Assembly (NCBI RefSeq): GCF_001194135.2
Contig: NC_068982.1
Location: 70,214,705 to 70,278,704, forward strand
Reading direction: 5' to 3'
Origin: Octopus bimaculoides
Lineage: Eukaryota
Length of the DNA: 64,000 nucleotides
The notes under the pieces are model-generated. The model worked only from the letters and a program-made list of their open reading frames with translations, made no database searches and was not told the origin of the DNA. Positions 13,368 to 26,800 of this stretch are shown here, in pieces. Each line of letters begins with the position of its first letter. Positions within the stretch are counted from its first letter, which is position 1. The translations under genes and the position numbers were made by a program.

Positions 13368-14491
13368 CTAAGCTTTTAAATTTAGAAGAAGTTTAGAATT
13401 TTAAAAGAAAATACTTATTTGTTTACTCAGAATATATAAGTGTAGACATGGTTGGGACCAGTCTCACAGCATGGCACCAAGAGTAAGTGTCATCTCAAAT
13501 AAGCCCCAAGTCAAACAGAAGTCTAGGCAGACTGAAAGAGCTCTTTCATATACATATCACTATCATCATCGATTTAATGTCCACTTCTCCATGGTTGCGT
13601 GGACTAGATGGAGATTACTGAAGCAGATTTTCCATAGTTGAATGTCCTTCCTGTTGCCAATCCTCACTTATTTCCAAACAAGGTAATATTTCCCTCCTGA
13701 ATTGAGGTGCATGCATGTACACATGCATGCTTACATTTGTGCTTCTCAGAACATCACTCAGCTACCAGCAGTGATGTTGCAGTCATTTCACCTGTCTGAT
13801 GGCTTTTCACACCCAAAGACATAGGGATACCCACTAACTTGACAAAGCAGGTAAGGATTAGCAACAGGAAGGGTATTCAGTTGTAAAACAACGCCCCAAC
13901 ATGGAAAAAACAGATACAAAAATGAACTAAAACCAGATTTATTTTTCTGTTTTTAATGAAAGAAGTCAAATGAAAAAATTCATTTTAAGATTGTATACAA
14001 TAAGTGGAGCATGATATATTTACTATCAAAAGAAGATTATTCTTTGCTCTACAAAAGTTAACAGTCTAAATCCAGAGGAAAAACAAGTCCACTTGTAGAC
14101 TATATAATGAATTTTGGCTAAAAATATGATTGAAATAGCAATTACTTTTTTATGATACATGTATATATATAACAGTATTTTCTACAAATATTGACTGAAC
14201 AAACAAACAAACACTACAATGTATTTTAATGAGAGCTGTTGAAGAATAGATCTATAGCTTCTGCATGAAGGATATACTTTATATTTTAAAACAATTGGCA
14301 TAAACAAGAATCAATCTTGCAACAATTCTAACAAAAAAAAAAAAAACAACTTAATCTATATTCATTCCAAGTATATATTACATTATTAGATATAGAATAA
14401 TATGTAATAATGTAGTAGAATCATCAAGCTATTAAATATTCTGTTGTAATTATTACACATCCCATAAAATGAATGTATCAATTTTATGTAC

Positions 14492-14625
14492 TCAGTTTTT
14501 CTCTTTCTTCCTGTCTCATGAAAAATTTTGTTAATAGATTCAGCTAGTGTAAACAGTGATTTTTCTTCCATGTAAATCTCAAACATAATTGATTGAGATA
14601 ACAACACCTCATTATAAATTCATTG
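14492..14625 (-). pseudogene. CATSPERG: Pseudo-exon F, 134 nt, phase 0-2
   Basis: ttttgtag|CAA..GA|gtacat. Q*IYNEVLLSQSIMFEIY.., resembling NEKYVLMTDTSF. The phase joins exon E and exon G. Confidence 0.55.
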
Positions 14626-14659
14626 CTACAAAAGAAAACATTCAGCAATTTATCTTTTA

Positions 14660-14995
14660 TATCTTGTTTCAGTCATTAGATTGTGGTCATACTGGGGCAC
14701 TGTCTTGAAGAGTTTTTACTCAAACAAATCAACCCCTGTACTTATTTTTTTTTTAAGTCTGGCACTAATTCAATCAGTCTCTTTTGCTAAACTATTAAGT
14801 TACGGGAATAGAAACAAACCAACACCAGTTGTCAACACACAAGCACACACATACATATATATACACACGATAGGCTTCTTTCAGTTTTCATATATCTAAT
14901 CAACTCACAAAGCTTGCCCAAGATGCCATGCAGTGGGACTGTACCTAGAACCATGTGGTTGGGAAGTAAACTTCTTACCATGAAGCCAACCCTGT
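14660..14995 (-). mobile_element. SINE family A
   Basis: Reverse-complement similarity to 92-487. Confidence 0.7.
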
Positions 14996-15441
14996 GCCTA
15001 TATCACAAAAAAAAATGAAAAAATAAACATTCGAGTAACTATTTGATTCGAGCAAGGTCATTGCCAGTGCCGCTGGACTGGCTACCATGCAGGTGGCACG
15101 TAAAAAACACCTTTTTGAGCATGGCCATTGCCAGTACCACCTGACTGGCCCTCGTGCTGGTGGCATGTAAAAGCACCCACTACACTCTCGGAGTGATTGG
15201 CGTTAGGAAGGGCATGCAGCTGTAGAAACTCTGCCAGATCAGATTGGAGCCTGGTGCAGCCTTCTGGCTTGCCAGTCCTCAGTCAAATCGTCCAACCCAT
15301 GCTAGCATGGAAAGTGGACATTAAACAATGATANNNNNNNNNNNNNNNNNNNNNNNNNNNNNNNNNNNNNNNNNNNNNNNNNNNNNNNNNNNNNNNNNNN
15401 NNNNNNNNNNNNNNNNNNNNNNNNNNNNNATATATATATAT

Positions 15442-15484
<43 letters not shown>

Positions 15485-15489
15485 TAGTG

Positions 15490-15767
15490 AAATTGAATAA
15501 ACAAACATTAGAAATAACAATAACAAACAACAAGAGGACATGCACATGGAATGTACTAGTTCGACGCTCAGTAAAAAGAGAGTTTTTGACATTTCGAGCA
15601 CAGCTCTTCATCGGAAAGGAAAACAGAAAAGTCTAAAGAGGGGGGCAGAATCACCAACAGCAATGTCAAAAACCCTCTCTTTCTACTGAGCGTCAAACTA
15701 ATACATTCCATGTGCATGTCCTCTTGTTGTTTGTTATTGTTATTTTTAATGTTCGTTTATTCTATTT
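15490..15767. repeat. ~100-bp-arm inverted repeat (hairpin), Penelope-like spacer
   Basis: 15490-15590 pairs with 15663-15767 with only a few mismatches. The spacer contains TTTCGAGC..CTCTTCATCGG. Confidence 0.8.
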
Positions 15768-15916
15768 GACTATTTACTGCATGGTCACACAGCCCCTCTA
15801 CGTACTTCCGACTGTTTGCTGATTTGGAGTACCTGATTTATGGATTGTCTTACTCTACCCTTGGATTACATTACCTTTAAATTCCCTCTGAGTACGTCAT
15901 TTCTGCACCTTGATAT

Positions 15917-15974
<58 letters not shown>

Positions 15975-16088
15975 CACACACGTATAAAATGTCTGTTACT
16001 TACTCTCTGGGTCTCCTCCTGAACTGCAAGTTATGAGGACATAAACAAACCAACACCAGTTGTCAAGCAAGAGAGCGGTGAAGGTAAA

Positions 16089-16123
<35 letters not shown>

Positions 16124-16463
16124 CATCATCATCATCATTACTATATGATGTCTGTATCGATACTGATAGGTTTGACAGCAGCTGTGCTACACTCCAATGT
16201 CTGCAAGGTTTCTATAGCTGGATGCCCTTCCTTTCACCAGCCACTTTTACAGAGTGTACTGCATGATTTTATGTGGCACCAGCCCCAAAGAGGTCACCAA
16301 ATAACTCACAGGGCAACACCCCTCCACTGAGGTAGGGGACTAATATTGAGGGAGGTGTCTTTGTGCCAGGTGAGGAGAGGTTAAGGTATGATAGAGGGAC
16401 AGTTGGTTATTAGCACTTACTCCTTCATAACAATAAAGGCTAGCTTGAAGACTCTACATGTGT

Positions 16464-16531
<68 letters not shown>

Positions 16532-16833
16532 NNNNNNNNNNNNNNNNNNNNNNNNNNNNNNNNNNNNNNNNNNNNNNNNNNNNNNNNNNNNNNNNNNNNN
16601 NNNNNNATAGAAGCTACCTTTAACCATTTTTTTTTCTTTTCCTTTTCATTTGTTTTGAAGTTGAAAAATAGAACACAAGAGAATAGTACATATAACCAAA
16701 AGACAGCTTGAAAGGGTGGTATGCACAAAACATATACATATAAATAGTATGATTAAGCCTATTGTGTGTGTGTGTGTGTGTGTGTGTACACACACACTAT
16801 AGATATAAATACTTAAATTTCATATTAACCCAA

Positions 16834-16888
<55 letters not shown>

Positions 16889-17824
16889 TCTAGAGAACAG
16901 TAAAGGTATCAATTCTCAAGTATATTATTCAGGAACATCTTAGAACTGCAAGTGTTGGATTAAATTTTCAGACTAATCTAGACAAATTGTGGTTAGTAAC
17001 TATAAGCTTTCGTTTAGAAGTTATAAGTGATTAAACTATTACTTTAATAGCGAAACAAATTGCCATAATCCAGCAGAATGACTACTTCAAATGCTATGAG
17101 GAGAATATATGAGCTGGTTGTTAATAGCAAGTTTTTAAAAAAATTACTGAGGTATCTTATTTCTATCATTGGACTGCATCCGTGCTGAGGCACCACCTTG
17201 AAGGGTTTTAGTTGAACAAATCAACCCTAGAACTGAACCCAAAACCATGTAGTTGGAAAGCAAGCTGCTTAATCACACAGCTATACCTGTAATAAAATGT
17301 ATAAATAAAAATCAATTTACTTTGATAGTTAGCAGATTGAAGATAACAATATGTAATTCTTTCTCCGACAAAATTTAGCTCATGCTATTTCAAGATATAA
17401 TGCTATTTCATGCTGAATTACAAGAATCTATAACCTTGAAACTTTGAATTTAAGATTGACAATAGACTGAACTGATTCCAAAATTGATCAACCAAACTAG
17501 ATCATACTTTGCAGAAATCTGAAACAAGATTATTTTTGGGTAGCTGATAGAGGAAGTTTTTTTCTAAAAACGAGTTGGCACTTAAGTCAATATATTGCAA
17601 GAACAGCAAAGGACAACAATAGTGTTTGCCTCATCTAACTATCGATTCAGCTATTAAATGAATCTACACAATAGTATGCCTCAAACATTTCTTATTTTAT
17701 ATCATCACATCCAATTATTATAACTCATCCTCTAAGTTAATATCGACTTTATTTTGTACTGTTCTCACAGCAAATTACTTCACTCAACAAGCAACATCTA
17801 GTTTTGAGAGATTTATGATACATA

Positions 17825-17983
17825 AGGTGCAAACATGGCTGTGTTGTTAAGTAGCTTACTTTGCAACTATGTGGTTTCAGGTTCAGTCCCACAGAATGTC
17901 ACCTTGGGAAAGTGTCTTCTGCTGTAACTTCAGACCGATCAATGCCTTGTGAGTGAATTTGGTAGACAGACTCTGTGTGGCAG

Positions 17984-18067
<84 letters not shown>

Positions 18068-18230
18068 TAGACATCTTCCAGTTTCCATGTACCAAATTCA
18101 CTCAGAAAGTTTTGATTGGCCTGTGGCCATAATAAGGGGCATTTACCTAAGGTGCTGGACAGTTGGACTATACCAAAAACCACATAGTTGTGAAGCTATC
18201 TTCTGAACCACACAGCCATGTCTGTACTTA
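17825..18230. repeat. Two family A SINE 5' halves in inverted orientation around a (TG)n(CG)n(CA)n palindrome
   Basis: 17825-17990 on plus and 18065-18230 on minus are mutually complementary. Confidence 0.7.
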
Positions 18231-18689
18231 TGGATTTATATAATTGTCTGTAGTGCGTTCATTCATTTCACATCCATTTTCACAGACTAGCATGGGTTAA
18301 ACATGTCATTCTCATTTACTTGGTTGATAATTTAATATGCTATTCTACAGGATACTTATCTCAAAAGTTCCAATTTTAAAACAGCAAAGTTGCCTAAATC
18401 TTAAAAACATAAAAGAGTATCACACAGTTCTGAAAAAATGGAATACTCCACTTCTTATATAGCCCAATTGAATGAAATGAAATAGAAAATTATATTTCAT
18501 ATAAAATACTAAATGAATCCCTGGAAATTTTCAACAGCTTCTCCCTCCCCCTCTAACAATAACATCTACATGACTACAAAGATTCATATTGGTATACTAA
18601 TCAGCAAAAACAAGATATATTTCATCCCTATTAATTTGCCAATGGAACAGACTTTACTAGAATTTTCATAATCTGATTATCTCTAGAGT

Positions 18690-19010
18690 ATCGTCTCTCT
18701 ACAGGGTGTGTGTAGCTTGCAGATCAGCCACCACTATTCTGCAATGAGTGGTCACAACTCCAGTACTACAGACATGTGATTAGAATGTCACAGGAAAGAG
18801 GCACAAGATGGATTCTTCAAGGTGAACCAACTAGCAGGAGATCAAAGGGTTGACCATGAATGAGATGATTGGATAATATCCATAGTCTCAGCTAGTCATG
18901 CTTAGAATCCAGCTGGAAAATGTAACAACAGTTGCTTTTGAAAGCACCCAATGGAGGAGGTACCTGAGAATTCTACTCTCTCAGGAACAGTGGGCAGAAA
19001 AGATGTAAAG
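18690..19010 (+). mobile_element. Degenerate RTE (Expander/Rex3-like) 3' end
   Basis: YYRHVIRMSQER..GEPTSRRSKG*P*MR*LDNIHSLS. Same family as the copies near 49950 and 57745. Confidence 0.65.
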
Positions 19011-20124
19011 GCAATTATCAAGAGATTTTTAGAAACATTGTGCTGAATAGTCTCACTTTTGCTACCAAGTTAAATAAACCCTCAAGTCACTAAGTAGAAT
19101 GATATTTTTATACTTCCTGTTATCTTACTAAAATAAACTCGGAGATAAGAAGTGACATCTGTGAAATTAAACCTCGTGCTAATGACAAAATTAGAAACTG
19201 CAAACTAAGTCTTACTGTCTATATCTGCAACAAGTATACTTCATACAGCACGGGAATAGGAAAAAGAAAAACACATTCTCATCATTTTAAAATGTATTTT
19301 ACCAGGCTTGCATGGGGTGGATGGAATTTGCTGAGGCCAATTTTCTATGGCCGGATGCACTTCCTGTCACCAACCCTCACTTGTTTCCAAGTAAAGTAAT
19401 GTTTCACAATGGACAAGTCACTTATATGAGTGTGATTTACAATAATCAAATGATGCCAATACAAGGGTGGGCACACATATCATTATCATCATCATTTAAT
19501 GTCCATTTTCCATGCTGGTATGGGGTGGATGGTTTGATCAGAGCTGGCAAGTAGGAGAGTTGCACAGGTTCGAGTTTGATTTGGCTTGGTTTCTATGGCT
19601 GGATGCCCTTCCTAATGCTAACCACTTTACAGAATGTGCTGGGTGCTTTTTACATAGCATCAGCACAGATATCTTCATGTGGCACTGGAGCAGGTACTAT
19701 TACATGGTGCAGCACAGGGGCTTTTTACATGGCACCAGCAGGCCAATCCTCTACAGGGTGAGTGGTATCAACAATATATGTATACACGCATGATGGGTTT
19801 TTTCGGTTTCCACCTGTAAGTCCACTCACAAGGCTATGGTCAATCCAGGCTTTGTTGACAACACTTCCCTGAGTTACTACACAGTGGGACTGAATCTAAG
19901 ACTGCATGGTTGGTAAGCAAGCTTCTCAACCACACAGCTATGCCTACAACTTATATGAAAACATAGTATATTATACTATATTTAATCCAATCACTTTAAT
20001 AGAAACCTAATTAATTTGTGTCCAACTTTCATTCTAGCTACATGGTGGAAAATACAACAAATTTCTCATCCAATCTTAGCATAAAGATATAGTATATGTT
20101 AAACAAATAAGAAATAAATCTCAC

Positions 20125-20310
20125 CCTGGGTATAATACCAGTCTGTTATTAATTACTAAACATTAAATTAACCAAAGCACTAAACATTAACTAGTAGTGG
20201 ATTTGAATTCAAGATTGAGTTGATCGCTCACTCTTATTCACTCAATTGTATGTATCAGGTCTTTTAAATGGTAAATTGACAACAATTAATGTAATTATAT
20301 TTACATACTT
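20125..20310 (-). pseudogene. CATSPERG: Pseudo-exon E, 186 nt, phase 0-0, 5 stops
   Basis: cttag|AAG..AGG|gtgaga. VVNLPFKRPDTYN..QTGIIPR, resembling INGFLKRDRDNN..LGGIPN. Confidence 0.6.
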
Positions 20311-20699
20311 CTAAGACGAGGGATTATTAAACAAGTAATTATTGATTGTATAAGATGAAGTTAATAACCCTGTCTATAATTACTCGTTTACCATTTAATG
20401 TAGGTCAATAAAATATGAGAAATTAGCATGAACAAATTTACATTTTAACAATTGTGATATAAATGAAAATATCTTACTTTAAAGACTAAAAGCAGTGTAA
20501 TTATTCATATAACACTTGCATTCTAAGACAGGAATCGATAACAATAAAAAAAAAAAATCAATCAAATATTTTCAATAAGCATCAATTCTTTAAACTTGAG
20601 ATTGATGTTGTATAAATCTATTGAAAATTTGATAGTAAAAATGTAATAAAATATGAAAGTGTGAAGAAAATACAAAGTAAAACAAAAACTATATCTTTT

Positions 20700-21085
20700 A
20701 TCTTTTACTTGATGTAGTCATTGGACTGCAGCCATACTGGTGCACCACCTTGGAGTGTTTAGTTGAACAAATCAACTCCAGTACTTGTTTCTTTTTTTTT
20801 CTTTTTAAGTATGGCACTTATTCAATTGGTCTCTTTCACCAAACTACTACATTATGGGGACATAAACTAACACCAGTTGTCAAGCAGTGGTGGCACAAAC
20901 AAACACACACATACACACACACGACAGGCTTCCACACAGTTTCCATCTCCAAAATTCCCTCACAAGGCTTTGGTCAGCCCAAGATTACAGTAGAAGACAC
21001 TTGCTCAAGGTATCACACAATGGGACTGAACCCCAAACCACATAGTTACAAAGCAAGCTTCTTAATCACACAGCTATGCTTGCAC
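20700..21085 (-). mobile_element. SINE family A
   Basis: Reverse-complement similarity to 92-487. Confidence 0.75.
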
Positions 21086-21269
21086 TTACATGATGACATA
21101 TGAAAATACATACGTACACACAGATGTAAAATAGTATTCACTGCCATAGTTTCAAAACTTATAAACAGCAGTTCAGAGAAAACTTTCCATAAATTACAGA
21201 TACTTGTAAACTTTCAAATTTATCAACCAAATCTAACCTTATTTTCTAAGTTGAATGAGAACATTCTGT

Positions 21270-21650
21270 TCTGGTATTTGATTTGCAAGATTCTTGATAT
21301 GAATTCATGTTAAAACAGGTATTATATTTCAAGAGGGTCATTATGCTAATAATGAACACATGCACTGGTTCTATTTCACTTCTTTATTTATATTTGTCAA
21401 TTCATTAACCATTTAAACAATTAACTAACCAATTCTTTGATTAATCATTTGGTCAATCAATCAATTAGGTTTATCAAAGTCCTTGCATCACCATTTGCAA
21501 CCTTGTCGATGACATGCCCTTTGAGAAACCTATCTGATTGACTGACTAAGCAATTAATCAAACAATCAATTAGCTAATTGATTAAATGGCTAACTAGTTG
21601 ACTAATAATAACAATAAAACAAGTGAAATAAAACCACTGTATGTTTATTA
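21270..21650. repeat. Foldback/MITE-like element with ~120-bp imperfect inverted arms; second copy at ~56420-56730
   Basis: Arms ~21350-21473 and ~21524-21650 are complementary. The spacer CAAAGTCCTTG.ATC.CCATTTGCAACC is shared with the 56.5-kb copy. Confidence 0.65.
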
Positions 21651-23013
21651 TTGGCTTACTGACCCCACTCAGGTTATTGTTTTTCCAGTTTGTTTTAATG
21701 CCATTTCCTTTTTCAACTGAATTTCCATTAATAATCAAAATAATAATATTGGTAGAATAAATCTATCTATAGACCAGCCTATACAACAGTCTCTCATTTT
21801 CTCTGTAATTTTTCTACTTACCTAATTTCCTTAAGAAACTAATCAAGCTATTGTAAATAAAGATTCCCTTGGTTTATTTCTGCTCTTGAAATATCAAACT
21901 CTCTTGTCTACAGAACTTCATATATATTGCATTATTTCTTTTAAAAACTGAAGTTCACAAGAATTGTATGAATACTGACACTAGAACATGTGGGAGGATG
22001 CTGGTTATCAATGCCACTGCAATCATCATCATTGTTATTTTAATGCCAATTTTTTTTTTCCATGCTGATGTAATTTAGATTTATGTCAGACTGCATATCA
22101 TTTGCACAACAAAACGCAAAACAAATTATCAAAGGTAGCAAATATCAACAAATTTCATTTCATTCTTATTAAAGTAGTTTTTGTTACTTGCCCAAATTCT
22201 AAAGCTATTTTTGCAAGAAAATAAACACAAAAAGTAGCACAGTTTATGGTCTGAATTTTAGATTTAATGTTTTTTACAGGATAATAGTATAAACAGTTCT
22301 AGCCCATAGCCGCATGTCATGTGCTTAACACTAATATCAAAGCAACAATGAAATAAGTCCACCAAGCTTTCATAATAATTGTTGGCTGGTTGTCTTTCAG
22401 TTCTAACTTCCAAGTTACAATCACTAAATATAAATATTTAAAAACTGAATCATATCATTTCTTGTGTCCAGAGTGTGTGTGTGTGTGTGTGTGTGTCTGT
22501 GCGCACACATTTAGCTCAAAACAAAGACCATTTCATCATATTTGAAAGTCTAATGACAGAATGACTAAACAGAGAATGCCATAACTTTTTTAACAATCAG
22601 TTTTCTCTACATGCATGGATGCACTTTATGAATATCTGAATAAGAATTGATATAACTTTGTGGTCAACCTAAACTCATAGAGATTTCGTCAAAAGATTTT
22701 CTAATTAGAACAATGTCCAACTACAAAACAAAGCAAAAATTATTGTCAGTTATCAACTTCATTGAACAACTATATTTTACTGGTTAATTGTGTCTATTTA
22801 ATATTTATCAACAAAGTAACAATATATTAGTTAACTAGACCATGAAAAAGTAGAATGAGGGGTTTTTTTCTTTCTATTTTTGGAGCTAAATACCATCCTG
22901 GTGTAATCTGCTGAGTCAGGAAATAAACATAATGGGGGATCCAAACCCAACATATATTGATAAGCTTAAGAGTTTTAACTTTCTTAACCAAAAGATTTTT
23001 ACCTTGCCCTTTG

Positions 23014-23876
23014 TTATTATTATTATTATTATTGCTTTTGCACAGCTTCTAACGCTGGAGATGTACTATGGTGTCAGCTGTTCACTACCAGTGAACTAAG
23101 GTAACACCTCATATTTTTTTAGCACCTTCCGGAGTATTCGAGTGGTTCCAAGCGGTGCTGTTTTCTGCAAGTGCTCCACCCTTATTGCAGCCCCTATTTG
23201 TTCCATGTACTTCTTGAGATTTTTACTCACTGTTCCCAGGGCTCCGACAATTATTGGTACCACTACCACCTTTTTTCATCAATAACAACTGCTTTACTTC
23301 CCAAGCTAACCTGTCATTCCTATCGATTTTTCTTTCTTCCTTATCACATACCTTGTTGTCAGCTGAGCATGCTATATCTATGATTCAGCATAGTTTGGTT
23401 TCTTTCTCAATTAAGACTATGTCTGGTTTCCTATTTTCTATCTCATGATCACACTGAATCATAAAATCCCACAGGATCTTTGCATTATCATTTTCAATGA
23501 TACCTTCAGGTTTGTGAGTGTACCAATTTTTTTTCTCTGTCCATACTTGTTGCAAAGTGTCCATTGAACAAGCCTTGCTATACTGTCGTGGCATCTCTTA
23601 TATTCCTTCTGGGCTAGTGGTGTACATTGGCTGGTAATATGCCATACAGTTTCACCATTTTGTCCACAGATTCTGCACTTATCACTTTCTGATGTGTTGT
23701 CTACTCTGTATTTTATATAGTTTGTTCTTAGTGCTTGCTCTTGGGCAGCACAGATTAGGGTCTCCGTTTCTGGCTTTAAATCACTTTTAGTCATCCATAG
23801 CCATCTTTTTTCTGTCTGTCTTATCTTCAACATCCCTATGAAATTGTCCATGCCTTATTTTCTTTATCCACTTATT
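23014..23876 (-). mobile_element. 5'-truncated Dong/R4-clade non-LTR retrotransposon (CCHC knuckle plus restriction-like endonuclease, 3'UTR, (TAA)n tail)
   Basis: WIKKIRHGQF, LKPETETLICAAQEQALRT, CRICGQNGETVWHITSQC..HD, KILWDFMIQCDH..RKPDIVLIEK, then VPIIVGALG. Frameshifted; ends in (TAA)6-7 at 23014-23033. Confidence 0.9.
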
Positions 23877-26800
23877 TTCAGTTTCATTCATTCTCAAGTG
23901 CTTGTACAGTGAATCTGAAACCTCATGGTTAGGAAGCAGATTTCTTAATCATACAGCCAAACCTGTTCCTAAAAACATATTGCTAAATACCAAATATTAT
24001 TACAAATATTCTTAATCATTAAAATAGTTTATTATATGACCTTGAACATATCAAGACAATAAGAAAATATGTTTTGCATAAAGATTTTTTTCTTGCTTAA
24101 CTTGAAACTTTAAAAGAAATGTTCAACAGATAAAGAGTGATTATTAAAAAATAATTAATCATCTATGTAAAAGATGTGCATATTATTATAATAGGTAAGA
24201 CTATGGTTAAAACACTTTTTAACCACAGCCTCTGATCAACCAAAGCCTTATGAGTGAACTTTGGAAGTCAAAAACTGTGTGGAAGTCTGTTGAATTTTGT
24301 AAATATTCAGACCAGATTTCTAGTCTAAGAATAACTACTCCCATTCTTCTCTGACTAAACCATTAAATATTTTTTAAATTAGAAAGAATAAATGTAACAA
24401 ATGTACGAGATTCCTTATCCTTTTACTTGCACATGTTTCTCAAGCTTAGTTTATGCTATTCAACAGAAGTTATATGGACCACTCAGTTGTGTCATTGAAA
24501 GATATTAATCATCATTATCTCAGTGTTAGTCAAGAATGATGTCCTCTGAATGTATGTTTTAAATAACCGAGTTCTAGACCATAAATAGATTTAAAAGAAA
24601 AACATGATACAAACAAAAGCATAAATACAAGCATATGTAACAATGAAGGACTGAATATAGAAATGTTGAGGAATTAGTAACTATTTTGGAATGGTGTTTC
24701 ATGGGGAGAATATATTTTGCTTGTGACTGTTGTGAGAGTGAGAAAAATTCTTAATCCTTTCATAGCAGAGAAATGGTAGAATTATTAGAGCAGGGGACAG
24801 AATGTCCACTGAGGTCAACTTTACTTTTCAGGGTTGATGAAAAAATACACCCACAGGTTGATGGATTGACCAAACTATTAAAACATCAGACCAAATTCCT
24901 TGCAGTTTTTGATCCAGTTTTTCGCATTCTAAGTTCCAATCTTTGTATGGTTTACATGAATGGAAGACTTAATCATTAAGCATCCATATTATTCTATCAA
25001 AATTTAATGTTTATTTATTCACATTATCTTGAATTAATCATGCATTACTTTGTAGCTTTGATATTTTGATGTGACTTATTTTTTGAATGACATTGTAGGG
25101 TATGTGTAAGGGGTTGGATCTTACCAGTTGGACCATAAAACAGGTAGAATATTTGGACTGGATGCAGCCAGTTTAAATGTCAAAGGGCTCATCCATCACC
25201 TTGTTCAACACCAACATGTTGGGAACATTTAGCAGTGTTCACTCTGCTGCAAGCAATCAGGCCGGGACTCCGATCTGAAGATACCTTCCACCCTGCCTCC
25301 CAATAATCTCAGAGATTTTGTAAAAGAGTCAAGGACACTACTTCCTTTCCTGACTAAAAGATAGAAAAATCGTCACTACTAATTATTCCTAAACAAATAC
25401 CTATACCACATGTCCGAATACAACTCAGGTACTTTCTGCTTTTTTCATTATTACAATGTTTACTAATTACAACAGAACTTCATTATCATACATCTACAAA
25501 ATTCAATTTTTTATTTCATCTTACACATATTTATATAATACGCAAGATGACATAAACAGCTACCTGCTGTCATAACATTTAACTCTGTGTTGATTTCCCC
25601 ACTTGCATCATAATTCACTAAATTGGCCTAGCTTCATTAGGAGTTCCAAAGCCAAACTAACAGCACAACACAGTTCATTACACAGATTTTAGTTATCCTA
25701 CATCTTAACATATTTTTTGTATAAACAGACTCATCATTCTATCAAATTACCATTAAATATTCCTGTATTTTCAAATTAAAGAGGAAGAAGAAATAATAAA
25801 CAAGCTTAACAGTCTCAAAAAATATCTAGAAATTTAGGTGTCAGAATTTAAGAGTTCAATAAATTTCATCAAGCAGGCATTACTGTGTGGTTAAAAAGAT
25901 TGCTTTGCAACCATCTAACTTCAGGTTCAGTCCCACTGCACAGCACCTTGGACAAGTCTCTTCTTTTATATCCCCAGGCCATCCAATGCCTTGTAAGTAA
26001 ATTTAAAGGAAAATGTGGAAGCCCATCACATAAATATATATGTAGGGTGGGATGCTTTTCCTCCACCATGCAAGGCAACTAGTGCTGGTTTCTTTCTGCA
26101 ACTTGGCAGTTCTACAATAGACAGATAAAATATGTACCAGGGTTAAGGTGGTGTCCTAGCATGACCACAGTTATATGGCTGAAACAAGTAAAGGATAACA
26201 GACAGAGCAGTGAATCGCTTATCTCTAAATGTTGTTTTCCAGCAATTCAACATTAAAATAGTTGCATTAGATATAGACAAAACTCTTGATATAAATTTTT
26301 CCATATTGCTAATCTCTAATGTATTTTTTGCAAATCACTAAAATTAGTTCTTCCAATTTTGTATTTACGTTACAAAACTTCTAATTTTGATAGTTGTCCA
26401 AAAATCTTTAAAAAAAAAAAAAAAAAAAAAAAAGGCAACAATTTCAATAGCATCAGGTACCTTATTTAGTAAATAAAGTAAACTTCATTAAAATGAAATC
26501 TAAGATATTTTCCAGATCAACTAAACGAATTAAAAACCGTATAAATTCAATCATCAACACACTGACAACTTTGCAAACAGACATATCATCATCATCAGAT
26601 ATCTATTTTCCATACTGGAATGGGTTGGACAGTTTGATAGAATACAGTGACCTGCAGGACTGCATCAAGTGCTAACGCCAGCTTTGGTGTAGTTTCTACA
26701 ACTGGATGCTCTCTTAATGCCAACCACTTTACAGAGCTTATTGGATGCTTTTTTTTTTTTTTTTTCATGCCACTAGCATTAGTGAGGTCACAAAGTAACT

